NCBI RefSeq assembly: GCF_037042905.1
Contig: NC_087250.1
Location: 21,764,001 to 21,828,000 of the forward strand
Direction: 5' to 3'
Origin: Lytechinus pictus
Taxonomy: Eukaryota
DNA: 64,000 bases
Shown here: positions 11,590 through 24,282 of the stretch, piece by piece
Position numbering within the stretch: the first letter of the stretch is position 1
Layout of the letters: each line of letters starts with the position of its first letter
Position numbers and translations under genes: made by a program
The notes under the pieces: model-generated
Seen by the model: only the letters and a program-made list of their open reading frames with translations
What the model was told of the DNA's origin: nothing
The model's database searches: none

Positions 11590-12130
11590 GCGAACTTCGA
11601 GACCATGAACTCGATCTGATATTCTGAGTGACAGAGGTGGGATTTTATGGGGGTGGGGAATATAAAATTCATGCAACATCTTGATTTTTAAAAAGAATTA
11701 AAACTAATATTCTTACTTTACACAAAGTTTCATTTAGTTCCATGCTTTTATCAGTCTCAAAATTGGTGATTTAGAGCCAACATGAAGTTCCTCACACATA
11801 TTTATAATTCGCTGCCGATTTCAAAACATTGCATGCGGATGCAATATTCGCGAGATACCGGGCCTGGTCTGACCCGACCGACCTCACACGCATGCGATGT
11901 ATTGAATATTGATACGTGTGAGAAACTTCATGTTGGCTCTAAATCATCAATTTTGAGATGGATAGAGGCATGGAGAAGAACTGAAACTTTGTGTGCAGGA
12001 AGAATATTAGTTTTAATTTTTTTAAAGAGCGTGATGTTGCATGAATTTGATATCCCCCCCCCCCATAAGATCCCACTTTTTGTCACTCGGAATATCAGAT
12101 GACAGATCCAGTTCACGGTCTCAAAGTTTG
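11590..12130. mobile_element. Palindromic MITE (~540 bp)
   Basis: 11590-11790 is an imperfect reverse complement of 11920-12130 (ctgatattctgagtgacagaggtggg / cccactttttgtcactcggaatatcag). Confidence 0.7.
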
Positions 12131-12597
12131 GGTAGGTGGAGCGTAGTGTAGCAATAGTGAAGTGGAGTGGAGCCTGCACAAACTTCACTCGAGGTAGGCA
12201 ATCCCACAAATTTAAAAGAGGTTTCTATAAAATCAAGTCCGGCCTTCTATGAACATGACAAACTTACGAAAAGATGTGAAGTCAATTCACCCTAAATATC
12301 ATCAATATCCCTCAAATAGCTTCATTTAAGCACTAATTTCTCTTCCGGTTGATAAAATATGGATCCGTCTTTAATTTCCAAAATTGTTCGTCTAACTAGC
12401 TAAAGGACGCATGTTTTATCTACATATTAAAGACACTACATAGAAAAGACTAGGCACAAAGACTATTATACATGTAAATCGATGCAAAGCATTACGCGAT
12501 GTCGGCAAAGTGCCCAATCTTCTTATTGTAAAGACTTTAGCGACAATAACAGACTGTGAGTAAGGTTAAAATGCTCCTCTACTTTTAATGTTTTCAT

Positions 12598-13583
12598 TAG
12601 TGCTGTTGTCGGGAACAAAAATCCATGTCGACATGTCGCTTAAAAATTAATCCCGACATCGACAATGTCGACATGAAAAAGGGACCGTAATTTAGCCTGG
12701 GCTCCCTAACATAAAAAAAAAGCATTCGATCGTGGAACAACACTCTCAATCAAATATATTCACCTTGACACGAGTGATATCCCCACACTAGATCTATATA
12801 ATACAGGCTCAGTTCGGGAATTGAGCTTCCAAAATCACCGATTTAATCCACATTTTTTTTCTGGAGAATCAAGTTTTTGTACCAGGATCCGGTTTCGAAA
12901 GCATTGCTCAATAACACTCGTAGCCAATTTGAGAATCACCAATTACAACAGTGATCATTGCTGCAAACGCAAGCTCCTCAATTTGACAATGAAAAGTAAT
13001 GAAAATCGACTGATAATTTCAGTATCACTTCCGCGGCGATCCGTGCAACGATCTCCAAACGAATGAAGGGAAGTTTTCTGTGACTTCGTGATATGAAGTA
13101 AGCGCTCAATTGCGGCAGTCACAACTTTGACAAAAACACGTGTTCGCTGCTGCTCACGTTTATGTGAAAAGTAATGCATTGAGGAGCAACGTATTATCAA
13201 GCACGGTGAATAGCGCGCGATGGGTACATATTTCCGTGGATGGGTACGGTGAATGCTACTCTCGCTATAACGGGATATCGAGGGCGGTTGATCGGGCAGG
13301 CCGGCCCTGCACTGACGTATTTCTACTGCCGCACAGCTCGCAGATATTCTTTTTTCATTTAATGCGCTGCTAAGCTGAATAAACCTTTTAATCGCGCCAA
13401 TTACTGTGGATAAATGCTTCTAACTTTTCAGCTAATCTTTACACTCGTGATTGTAGGCTAGACCCCTTTTTATTTTATGTTTACATGTCGATGTGGGTGC
13501 GTGCATGTCGACATGTCGGAATTTTGAAAATCCTTCGTATGTCGACATCAATGTCGATATGAGGCCTATCGACAACAGCACTA
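12598..13583. mobile_element. Non-autonomous hAT-like element
   Basis: TIR tagtgctgttgtcg / cgacaacagcacta, 8-bp TSD gttttcat, and GTCGAC-rich subterminal motifs. Confidence 0.85.
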
Positions 13584-15041
13584 GTTTTCATTGATTTTAT
13601 GTTGAATATTATTAAAGAATATGACTCTTTGCACCTGAATTGTAACACTGAAATATGGAAATGAAGAAGTTTTATCATGTATTTTTATTACATCATGTAT
13701 TTGTATTAACCTGCAAATAAAATTTTACTATGTCACTCAAATTCATTTCATTTCATTAAAGATTCAAAGAGGGATCTCTGGATGATCGAGCAGCAAGTCC
13801 AGCATTATGTGGGAAAGATACTACAGGTGTACACAGAAAAGGCCATGTTCTTGTACAAGACACGGTTGGAGTTCATAAAAGGTGATTATATAGGCATTCA
13901 CTTCAGTAGATATTATAATTACAAAATTAAGCAGATTGTATTCATGCAGTGGCATACAGTGTAATCCTTGTTAGAAGATATAGATTTATTCTTCATTGTT
14001 TTATTAAAGAGTTTCAATATGTGCTTATGACAATTTGTTTGCATTATAAATTGTTTGTCACTCTTCGGCTTAGTTTGCTTTTATAAGCAAGAATATGCTA
14101 AGAGAGATAGCCGCAAGGACCTCATTATCCGATAGATATGTACTTGTGAAAAGAGATCTAGATGGGGGCAAAACACCTTATTTCTTGTATTTTTATGTTG
14201 TTCATGTTATCGTAATGGTATGTGTTTTTTTTTCTACAGATTAAGCTGCCTCGTGCTATACAGACTTGGATATTAACAAGCTGTCCAATGAATGGTGACT
14301 ACTCAAGAGGAGCCAGAAAGTCAACTAAAGCCAGGGTATTTTGGGAGTTGATATGGCCGGGGAAGGGGGGAGGGGGGGTTTCCAGGGCCCCCCCCCTTCC
14401 TTGAGATCTTGACCGCACAATCGCGTCTAACATTGGCACATGGGTTGTCTAGGGCATAATTTACAAAATTAAATTGTAAATTATTTCACGCAAATTGTTA
14501 GTAAGTGATAATACTAATTTATGCGTAATTAGAATACAAAATCATACTTTTTCCTCTATTGCATTGACTTTGTACACAAAATCACGTTTTTGAGCAATTT
14601 TTGGTATGACATGTACTTACATAATGTCACGTTATTACAGAACCACGTACCGGGTGACACAAGATTGGTCTCAAAAGATGCACAAGACTAGAAAGAGGCA
14701 TGTTTTAAAAAAATTGTGCGACAGCATGGTCGCAAAATTTTTGGAAGGGGGGGGGGGTCAAATTGGTCCAATTTAACTAAGGGTTAATAACTGGGAGGCT
14801 GTTAGCTGCCTTTTTACTTTCAAGTCTTGCACATCTTTTGAGACCAAATTTGTGATGCCTGGGTACGCTGTTCCGAAATTTCGCAACATTTTTATGTATT
14901 AATCCAACACAAATACTGTTTCTTGCTAAAAATTCACAATTAGTATACCAGTAATATACATTTATCAAGTCAAATTATTTAATTACATTTATAATCATAA
15001 AAGCTTTGATAAAGTATAAAAAAAAAAAAAAGAGTTGTATG

Positions 15042-15968
15042 TAGGCCTGGGACTTTCGGGTTTTTTCTCTTCGGGTACCCGTGGTAATTTTCGGGTGGGT
15101 ACCTGAAAATCATGTCACTTGAAATATGACTGGTGGAAAAACCCCATAGGTGACGTCATCAAGCCAATGCGATGCAAGCCAATTTATGAATGAAAATATA
15201 GTAAGCATGCGCATTGCAAGCCTCCCGTGCCCCACGCAGTATTCCATCGAAACAAGTTTCAATACTCTGTCACCTCGTACCGAAATCGACCTAGAATTCC
15301 ACTTTCCTATATATCATATGAATTATAAAAGGTTTTCTCACCGATACTGCACAGGTAAGCAAATTTTTATTCTTGCTTTTCCGTCAAAATCTTACGAAGT
15401 AGCATCGATATTACATCGTGTTCGTGAGTTTGTATCGCTACGTGAACAAAGTCAATTGATTTCCGGGTTTCGGAGCGTCAAATGCGCCAGCCAATCACGA
15501 TCGTGTTCCCATTTTCGGTTTATGATGAACTAAAAATGGTAACAAGAACGTGATTGGCTGGTGCTTCGTAGGTCGATTTTGGTATGAGGTGACAGAGTAT
15601 TGCAGACTTGTTTTGACGTAATACTGCGTGGGGCTGAGGCTTGCAATGCGCATGCTTACTATATTTTCATTCATAAATTGGTTTGCGTCGCAGTGGCTGG
15701 ATGACGTCCCTGCGCTGCAAAAGAAACATGGCGATGATTGAACGATCTCGGTCACATCATCATCACTTGAAAACTTGTATATTTATGGATATTTAGAGGG
15801 TAATTGGTGAAATTCAAAATGAGGCTTGTGTACTTTTGTAATGAGTTACAATCATGTCTTACACTACGCAATACAAATCAAATACATGTACATTATACTG
15901 GTGAGCAATTTTCGGGTATCGGGTATTGATTTTTCTACTCGGGTACCCGGGTTTTAGTCCCAGCCCTA
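15042..15968. mobile_element. Non-autonomous hAT-like element with an internal inverted repeat (15150-15290 / 15570-15710)
   Basis: TIR tagg(c/g)ctgggact / agtcccagcccta, 8-bp TSD gttgtatg, and CGGGTA subterminal motifs. Confidence 0.85.
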
Positions 15969-17879
15969 GTTGTATGAAAATTTTCAAAAATAATGAAAGG
16001 TAAAAGAAAACAAGATTACAATGTCCATTGCAAGGGGGCTAGTCTAGCTATTCAGGATAATTGGGATTTTATTCAGTTTTTAATTGACATAACATTATGA
16101 CAAGATCCCTCCATTTAGTGTATAAACAGCACATGGCCATGATTGAAATTCATATAACATTAAAGTATGCAAACCAGGCAGCTACATGTACATGTAGGAC
16201 TCACTGCTTGTCAATTCTATTGTCTGCCAGGGTCAAGTGACATACAGTGCACATGTATAACATGTGTGAAAGTACATAAGAAAATCAGCTTTTTATTTTT
16301 GTACTGTAACATTGGGTGAACTGGTGATCACTTTGGATATGATGCTCTTCATATTGGTTTATTTTATGTATATGAATTTTTGGATAATCATTAAGAATTA
16401 AAGCCATTTACTTAATATATGGAAGCATAAGCCCATCAAAGAACAGAATTATGTCATGTACAGCTAATTCATTTTGCGTGATATTACAATTGTAATTGTT
16501 TACTTGAGCAAGTAATTTGAATTGCTGCATGACCTAAACAATGACATGTTCCAATTCGAATAGTAACATGACCTAAAGAAGAGTTACTCCACCTCGATTG
16601 AGAGTGCTTATGTTAAATAATTGATGTTGCTACTTCAAATAATTGAGGTCAATCAAATTGGTCATAATTATTCAAGTCAATTTTGAGCTATATGTCATAA
16701 TTAATTAGGTCATATACTAATTGAAATTACTAAATGACTCGAGTAGGTATGAATTCACATTGCCACATGACCTTAATTATTTTATGTAGCAACATCAAGT
16801 ATTGAACGTCATTTAGTTATCAATTATGACATGTAGCAAATCAAATTACATGCCGCAATTTCGTGTTTATGATGGGCTCATGCTTACATTCATATATAAC
16901 CCTTCAATACGTAGTTGGAGCAATTCTTAGACAAGAAGACTGTGTAAAATGATATGCCTATTCAATGTCAAAAAGGTTAATGTCTCAATAGATTTGATCT
17001 ACGTTTTGGCAAAGTAATCTTATGTTCATATTTTTTCTAACCTATGGTGAACGTTCTAAATCATGTGAAATTCATTCAAAAATATCTTTCAGTATTTATG
17101 GACTTAAGTGAATTCTGAGCAAAATGAAGTGATTATGATTACGTTCATGTACTTTAAGTTTATACTGGTGATCAACACATCATAATTTCATCCCTTACTG
17201 TATGTGCACCATGCATTATCTGTACATGCAGAAGTGGTTATCCATTGTTTCATAACATGGTTGAGTAAAGGATGTTCTGCTTTTAGTATTAAGCCAATCG
17301 GGTGTTGACAAGAAGGGGAAAATGCAATTGCTCAGCTATTACAGTTTTTTTTTGCAACCATAATACTGGTTAAGCCTTGGTTACATTCGCCGGCTCGTGG
17401 CCTTACGTCGAGTCAAAATTAACAGTCTTAATCATCCTTGTACCAGCTACTACCAGCTACACGTGGGTGGTTTGTACAGGAATACCTAAAACTGCTGATT
17501 TTGTCTCGCCGTAAGGCAACCGGTCAAGGAATGTGACCAAGGTATTAATAATAATCGCTTATTGTTGTGTTAGAGGGAAGGATTCTGGGTCGAATCTAGC
17601 TTTCTTTATGTGATCTCAAAATGGCAGCAATGTATGAATAGTGAAAGTAGTTCATGTGGCATCTCAATGTTCATGGATATAAATCTTTGTACATGTCTTA
17701 TCCTAAAGATGAAATGTTACTGCATTATTCTAGCAGTCATTTATGATATCAAAGATGTTCTATACTGTGCATAGTACAGCTCATACATAATAAAGGTATG
17801 TGAATATGCTTTTAACGTCTTTGCAAATTTGTGGGTTTTTTCACGCCTCTTTTCATTAGTCAAGATGTCAAAGTTGTTG

Positions 17880-18875
17880 TGCTGGATCACAGGAAATTCT
17901 TACAAACTACTACGCCTAACAAACCAGTGCAGGACGGTGTCGTGAGAAAATCGCACAGACTACTACAGGACAATACCATAGGATTGTCACAGGAAATCAA
18001 CAAGAATACCCCTGCAGGATTACCACAGTAAAGTATCACAAGAAGGCTGCAGGATGAGACCAATAATGCCACAGAAGATATCAAAGATCAGTATCACAGG
18101 AATACCACAGGACAGTACTGCAGGAATTGTCCTGCGGTAAGGTCTCTTGGTATTCCTGCAGTACTGTCCTGTAGTACTGTTCTGTAGTACTTTCCTGTGA
18201 TACTGGTCTGCGGAATTCCTAAAGTACTGTCCTGTCATACTGTCCTGTGATACTATTTATCACCACAGGATAGTATCACAGGACAGTACTACAGGAATAC
18301 CAGACCAGTATCACAGGACAGTACTACAGGAATACCAGACCAGTATCACAGGACAGTACTACAGGAATACCAGACCAGTATCACAGGACAGTACTACAGG
18401 AATACCAGACCAGTATCACAGGACAGTACTACAGGACACAGTACCAGAAGCCTGCGGTACTCCTGTAGTACTGTCCTGCGATACTGTTCTGTAGTACTTC
18501 CCTGTGATACTGGTCTGCGGTATTCCTGTAGTACTGTCCTGTCATACTGTCCTGTCATACTATCCTGTCATACTGTCCTGTCATACTATCATGTGATACT
18601 ATCCTGTGATACTATCCTGTGATATTGTCCTGTAGTACTAATAGTAGTGTGGTAGTGGTTGTAGCGGTTGTAGCGGTTGTGGTGATCGTGTCCTGTCATA
18701 CTTCCTGCCATACTTATGCGGTTATTACCACAGGAAGTATCACAGGACACGGACCTGTTGTACTCCTGTTGTACATTTCTGTAGTACCGTCCCAAATTAC
18801 GTGCACGTAATTCCTGCAGTACTTTCCTGCGATACTTCCTGCAGTACATATCACAGAGTACTACAGGAATTTTTT
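17880..18875. repeat. Right subterminal repeats of the CMC-like element (35-bp and 12-bp units, both orientations)
   Basis: (cagaccagtatcacaggacagtactacaggaatac)n at 18270-18435, and (tactgtcctgtca-like)n at 18530-18630. Confidence 0.85.
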
Positions 18876-19056
18876 GTAAGGGAACTGCGTCGTAATACCA
18901 TTTCACGGTGACGTCGTGGCTGACCGGAAGTCTGGGTCAACATATCTGCCGGTAGGCGGAGAAAGATAACTTTTCACTTTTCAAAAAAAGTTGCCCCAGA
19001 TTAAATCCAAAGGTAAAAACTGTAATATATCAAGTCAAAATACAAAAATTAAAGTG

Positions 19057-19094
<38 letters not shown>

Positions 19095-20722
19095 CATGAT
19101 TACAACCATCGAACTTACACTCTGTGTCATTGGTGGTATTGGTCGTGACTACGTAGCAACAAAGCGCAAACAACATCCACACGGTTATCAACATGGCATG
19201 TAGATAAATTGGTGTTCCTGCGGCAGAGCTGTTCTGGTTAGTCCGAGGTCCAGAATGCGCCGGGTGTCCAAGTTGGCGGGTTTTATAGCACGCGCTGCTT
19301 TTTACTCTTTCTTTAAGATTCACCCCCATCATTTCCGGGTTGAAGCGTGGCGTCCCCACGCCGACCCTCATTATCCAATTAAAATCGCGTCCCGCGTTTC
19401 ACTATCCAATTAAGATGGCGTCCCCACGCGGAGTCATTATCCAATTAAAATCGCGTCCCGCGCTCCATTATCCAATTAAAATCGCTTCCCGCGCTCCATT
19501 ATCCAATTAAAATCGCTTCCCGCGCTCCATTATCCAATTTCCTGTTTACCGCGTACCCAAAGGTCAAAGGTCATGATTGACCGGAAGGTGGGGTCACGGG
19601 GTCAACAGTGACCGGAAGTTGGGGTCAAAGGTCATGCGGTCAAAGGTCAAAGGTCAATTAGGATGAGGTCTAACCCCTGCTACGTAGTCACGACCAATAC
19701 CACCAATGACACAGAGTGTAAGTTCGATGGTTGTAATCATGTAATATATATATATATATATATATATTACACTTTAATTTTTGTATTTTGACTTGATATA
19801 TTACAGTTTTTACCTTTGGATTTAATCTGGGGCAACTTTTTTTGAAAAGTGAAAAGTTATCTTTCTCCGCCTACCGGCAGATATGTTGACCCAGACTTCC
19901 GGTCAGCCACGACGTCACCGTGAAATGGTATTACGACGCAGTTACGCAACCACCGTGATGTCATAGAATTACCCTTATCGAACCATCGGTATTGCACCAC
20001 CGTGGCGCAATCGTCACGTATAGGATACGATGCACAAAACAGACGTATGATTTCTGCACAGTTTCCTATTTAAAAAAGGATCTTTTTTCGCCTACCGGCG
20101 GATATGTCAACCGCCTCGCAAGCCGTAGTTAGGGGTTAGACCTCATCCTAATTGACCTTTGACCTTTGACCGCATGACCGCATGACCTTTGACCCCAACT
20201 TCCGGTCACTGTTGACCCCGTGACCCCACCTTCCGGTCAATCATGACCTTTGACCTTTGGGTAGGCGGTAAACAGGAAATTGGATAATGGAGCGCGGGAA
20301 GCGATTTTAATTGGATAATGGAGCGCGGGAAGCGATTTTAATTGGATAATGGAGCGCGGGACGCGATTTTAATTGGATAATGACTCCGCGTGGGGACGCC
20401 ATCTTAATTGGATAGTGAAACGCGGGACGCGATTTTAATTGGATAATGAGGGTCGGCGTGGGGACGCCACGCTTCAACCCGGAAATGATGGGGGTGAATC
20501 TTAAAGAAAGAGTAAAAAGCAGCGCGTGCTATAAAACCCGCCAACTTGGACACCCGGCGCATTCTGGACCTCGGACTAACCAGAACAGCTCTGCCGCAGG
20601 AACACCAATTTATCTACATGCCATGTTGATAACCGTGTGGATGTTGTTTGCGCTTTGTTGCTACGTAGTCACGACCAATACCACCAATGACACAGAGTGT
20701 AAGTTCGATGGTTGTAATCATG

Positions 20723-20756
<34 letters not shown>

Positions 20757-21997
20757 CACTTTAATTTTTGTATTTTGACTTGATATATTACAGTTTTTAC
20801 CTTTGGATTTAATCTGGGGCAACTTTTTTTGAAAAGTGAAAAGTTATCTTTCTCCGCCTACCGGCAGATATGTTGACCCAGACTTCCGGTCAGCCACGAC
20901 GTCACCGTGAAATGGTATTACGACGCAGTTACGCAACCACCGTGATGTCATAGAATTACCCTTATCGAACCATCGGTATTGCACCACCGTGGCGCAATCG
21001 TCACGTATAGGATACGATGCACAAAACAGACGTATGATTTCTGCACAGTTTCCTATTTAAAAAAGGATCTTTTTTCGCCTACCGGCGGATATGTCAACCG
21101 CCTCGCATGACGTCACCGGCTACGCAAGCACCGTGATGTCATCCCAGGGAATTACCCTTTACCCGGTATTGCACCATCGTGGCGCAATCGTCACGTATAG
21201 GATACGATGCGCAAAATAGACGTATGATTTCTATACAGTTAAAAAGTGAAAAGTTATCTTTCTCTGCCTACCAGCAGATATGATCAAGTGCCTCGATCGC
21301 GGTTCACGAATCGATCGCCCCATGCACGGCCAACGCGCGTCATTGAACTTGGGATATCCTATTCAAGGTGAAAGCCGACTCTCTCTCTGCCTCTTATAAA
21401 AATTATTGGTAATCCAACATGTGATTATAATCCTGATAATAGTGACATCTCAAGCTCTACTCATTCCAGACTCTCCCCCATCAAAACTCTCTGACTTTTC
21501 CATACTGTTTTGTACATACTTCCATACTTTTCATTTTAACTCACATGACCTGCACGGCTCTCTGACTCGCAAAAGTATACTATATTGAAACCAGTAGATG
21601 ACTCCTTTCAATCAACTTCATTCATCCGCAGTACAGATGGTGATAACATGAAACACTATACAGTCAAGGATGATTATTTTATTATTATTATCATTTATTC
21701 TATTCCATTTCAATGTAGATAGGTTCAGATAGTGTATAAACAGCAGATGTTTATACAAAGGTAAAAATAATGTAAGATATGTTCTCAAATTACGTTGTCA
21801 CAACAAAATAATTAACTGTTCATTGTTAATATTAAAGTGAAGTTCTCGTTTTTCTATTTCTTCGCTTAACTTAAATATTGTAACACATGTCTATGGATGG
21901 CATTCAGAAAATATGAACACAATGATGTTCAAACTGTCATTTATGTTGACGGCGTTTTCTTGGATTATTATTATTCGACAAGCTGATGTTTGTGCCT

Positions 21998-22648
21998 TTA
22001 GTTGTAGGTTCCATCTTCACCCTCCGTTTCTTCTCCACCATCATCATTATCGTCATCGTCACCTTGATACTGGAATAAACCATCGAATTGTGAACCATGT
22101 CTGGCTAACACTCTCTGTACGGCTTTCCGGAATCCCATGCCATTCTCTAATCTTTCCGTGAGATCGGACACGATTTCACGATTGATGTCAGCGTCTTCGA
22201 GGTACACGTTCTGCTGCAAGAACTGAGAGTAAAGATCGAAAAAGATGCGTTTGATTGCCCACATTAGTTTCACGTGAGCCTTTTCTTTAGCGTCTTCCTC
22301 GTCCATTCCTTCTGAGATGTATTTCTGATATTTTTCGTCTCTCAAGTCCTCGGTGGCCGTCATGGCTTGCTCTAACCATCCTCGATAAGCGAGGTTGTCT
22401 TCAGTTTCTTCCATGTTTGCTGTCATTGACGATTCGTGTCCATCGCTTTCTGATATGCTCGTTTCGGAATCATCGTTGGATTCTTCAACTCTTTGCATTT
22501 GAGAGGGTGGGTCGGAGTCTTCATCTTCACTCGTTTCTTCTCCAGTATCATGCTCATTTTGTTCATGCCTCTGCATATCATACTTCCTACTAAAGGTTTT
22601 ATCGCATCGTGAACAAGCGTAACGGTTGGACATATCCAATGTATTCAT
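21998..22648 (-). CDS. C2H2 zinc-finger protein, copy 3 (I allele)
   Basis: Identical translation to copy 1. Confidence 0.8.
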   Translation of the reverse strand: MNTLDMSNRYACSRCDKTFSRKYDMQRHEQNEHDTGEETSEDEDSDPPSQMQRVEESNDDSETSISESDGHESSMTANMEETEDNLAYRGWLEQAMTATEDLRDEKYQKYISEGMDEEDAKEKAHVKLMWAIKRIFFDLYSQFLQQNVYLEDADINREIVSDLTERLENGMGFRKAVQRVLARHGSQFDGLFQYQGDDDDNDDGGEETEGEDGTYN

Positions 22649-22741
22649 GTTGACTCGATGATTATTTGCTGGGAAATGAAGAAAATTAACGTTCAACCTT
22701 GTAATAATACGTAATCATGAAACGAGCGCGAAGGTACTTTG

Positions 22742-23539
22742 ATTCTTACGGATTCTTATGGATTTTTGCGGATTTTTGCGGATTCTTACGGATTTTTACG
22801 GATTATAGCTTACGGATTTTTACGGATTCTTACGGACTCTTACGGATTCTTACGGATTTTTACGGATTTTTACGGATTATAGCTTACGGATTTTTACGGA
22901 TTTTTACGGATTTTTACGGATTCTTACGGATTCTTACGGACTCTTACGGATTCTTACGGATTCTTACGGACTCTTACGGATTCTTACGGATTTTTGCGGA
23001 TTCTTACGGATTCTTACGGATTTTTACGGATTCTTACGGACTCTTACGGATTCTTACGGATTTTTGCGGATTCTTACGGATTTTTACGGATTTTTACGGA
23101 TTCTTACGGATGTTTACGGATTCTTACGGATTTTTGCGGATTCTTACGGATATTTACGGATTCTTACGGATGTTTACGGATTATAGCTTACGGATTTTTA
23201 CGGATTTTTGCGGATTCTTACGGATATTTACGGATTCTTACGGATGTTTACGGATTTTTACGGATTCTTAGGGATTTCTTACGTATTTATCAATGCTTTC
23301 ATATAATCTCAAGGAAAATATGTTCATCCACATTAGAATGACCCATGTAAGGATGCATAAGAATCCGTAAAAATCCGTAAACATCCGTAAGAATCCGTAA
23401 AAATCCGTAAACATCCGTAAGAATCCGTAAATATCCGTAAGAATCCGTAAAAATCCGTAAAAATCCGTAAGCTATAATCCGTAAAAATCCGTAAGAATCC
23501 GCAAAAATCCGCAAAAATCCGTAAGAATCCGTAAGAATC
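22742..23539. repeat. Inverted pair of 10-bp TTACGGATT(C/T) arrays around the ~85-bp centre of palindrome 2
   Basis: Same as 4568-5355, with the left array one unit longer net. Confidence 0.95.
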
Positions 23540-23631
23540 AAAGTACCTTCGCGCTCGTTTCATGATTACGTATTATTACAAGGTTGAACGTTAATTTTCT
23601 TCATTTCCCAGCAAATAATCATCGAGTCAAC

Positions 23632-24282
23632 ATGAATACATTGGATATGTCCAACCGTTACGCTTGTTCACGATGCGATAAAACCTTTAGTAGGAAGTAT
23701 GATATGCAGAGGCATGAACAAAATGAGCATGATACTGGAGAAGAAACGAGTGAAGATGAAGACTCCGACCCACCCTCTCAAATGCAAAGAGTTGAAGAAT
23801 CCAACGATGATTCCGAAACGAGCGTATCAGAAAGCGATGGACACGAATCGTCAATGACAGCAAACATGGAAGAAACTGAAGACAACCTCGCTTATCGAGG
23901 ATGGTTAGAGCAAGCCATGACGGCCACCGAGGACTTGAGAGACGAAAAATATCAGAAATACATCTCAGAAGGAATGGACGAGGAAGACGCTAAAGAAAAG
24001 GCTCACGTGAAACTAATGTGGGCAATCAAACGCATCTTTTTCGATCTTTACTCTCAGTTCTTGCAGCAGAACGTGTACCTCGAAGACGCTGACATCAATC
24101 GTGAAATCGTGTCCGATCTCACGGAAAGATTAGAGAATGGCATGGGATTCCGGAAAGCCGTACAGAGAGTGTTAGCCAGACATGGTTCACAATTCGATGG
24201 TTTATTCCAGTATCAAGGTGACGATGACGATAATGATGATGGTGGAGAAGAAACGGAGGGTGAAGATGGAACCTACAACTAA
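23632..24282 (+). CDS. C2H2 zinc-finger protein, copy 4 (V allele)
   Basis: Identical translation to copy 2. Confidence 0.8.
   Translation: MNTLDMSNRYACSRCDKTFSRKYDMQRHEQNEHDTGEETSEDEDSDPPSQMQRVEESNDDSETSVSESDGHESSMTANMEETEDNLAYRGWLEQAMTATEDLRDEKYQKYISEGMDEEDAKEKAHVKLMWAIKRIFFDLYSQFLQQNVYLEDADINREIVSDLTERLENGMGFRKAVQRVLARHGSQFDGLFQYQGDDDDNDDGGEETEGEDGTYN

Larger units (their letters stand above)
7164..18882. mobile_element. Non-autonomous CMC (EnSpm/CACTA-like) DNA transposon, 11.7 kb, nested in the Maverick TIR
   Basis: TIR cccttacaaaaaattcctg(c/t)agtact at both ends, with a 2-bp TSD AA. It interrupts ggttgcgtaactgcgtcg, which is intact in other copies (e.g. 25338-25355). Long subterminal repeat arrays at both ends. 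No transposase ORF seen. Confidence 0.8.
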
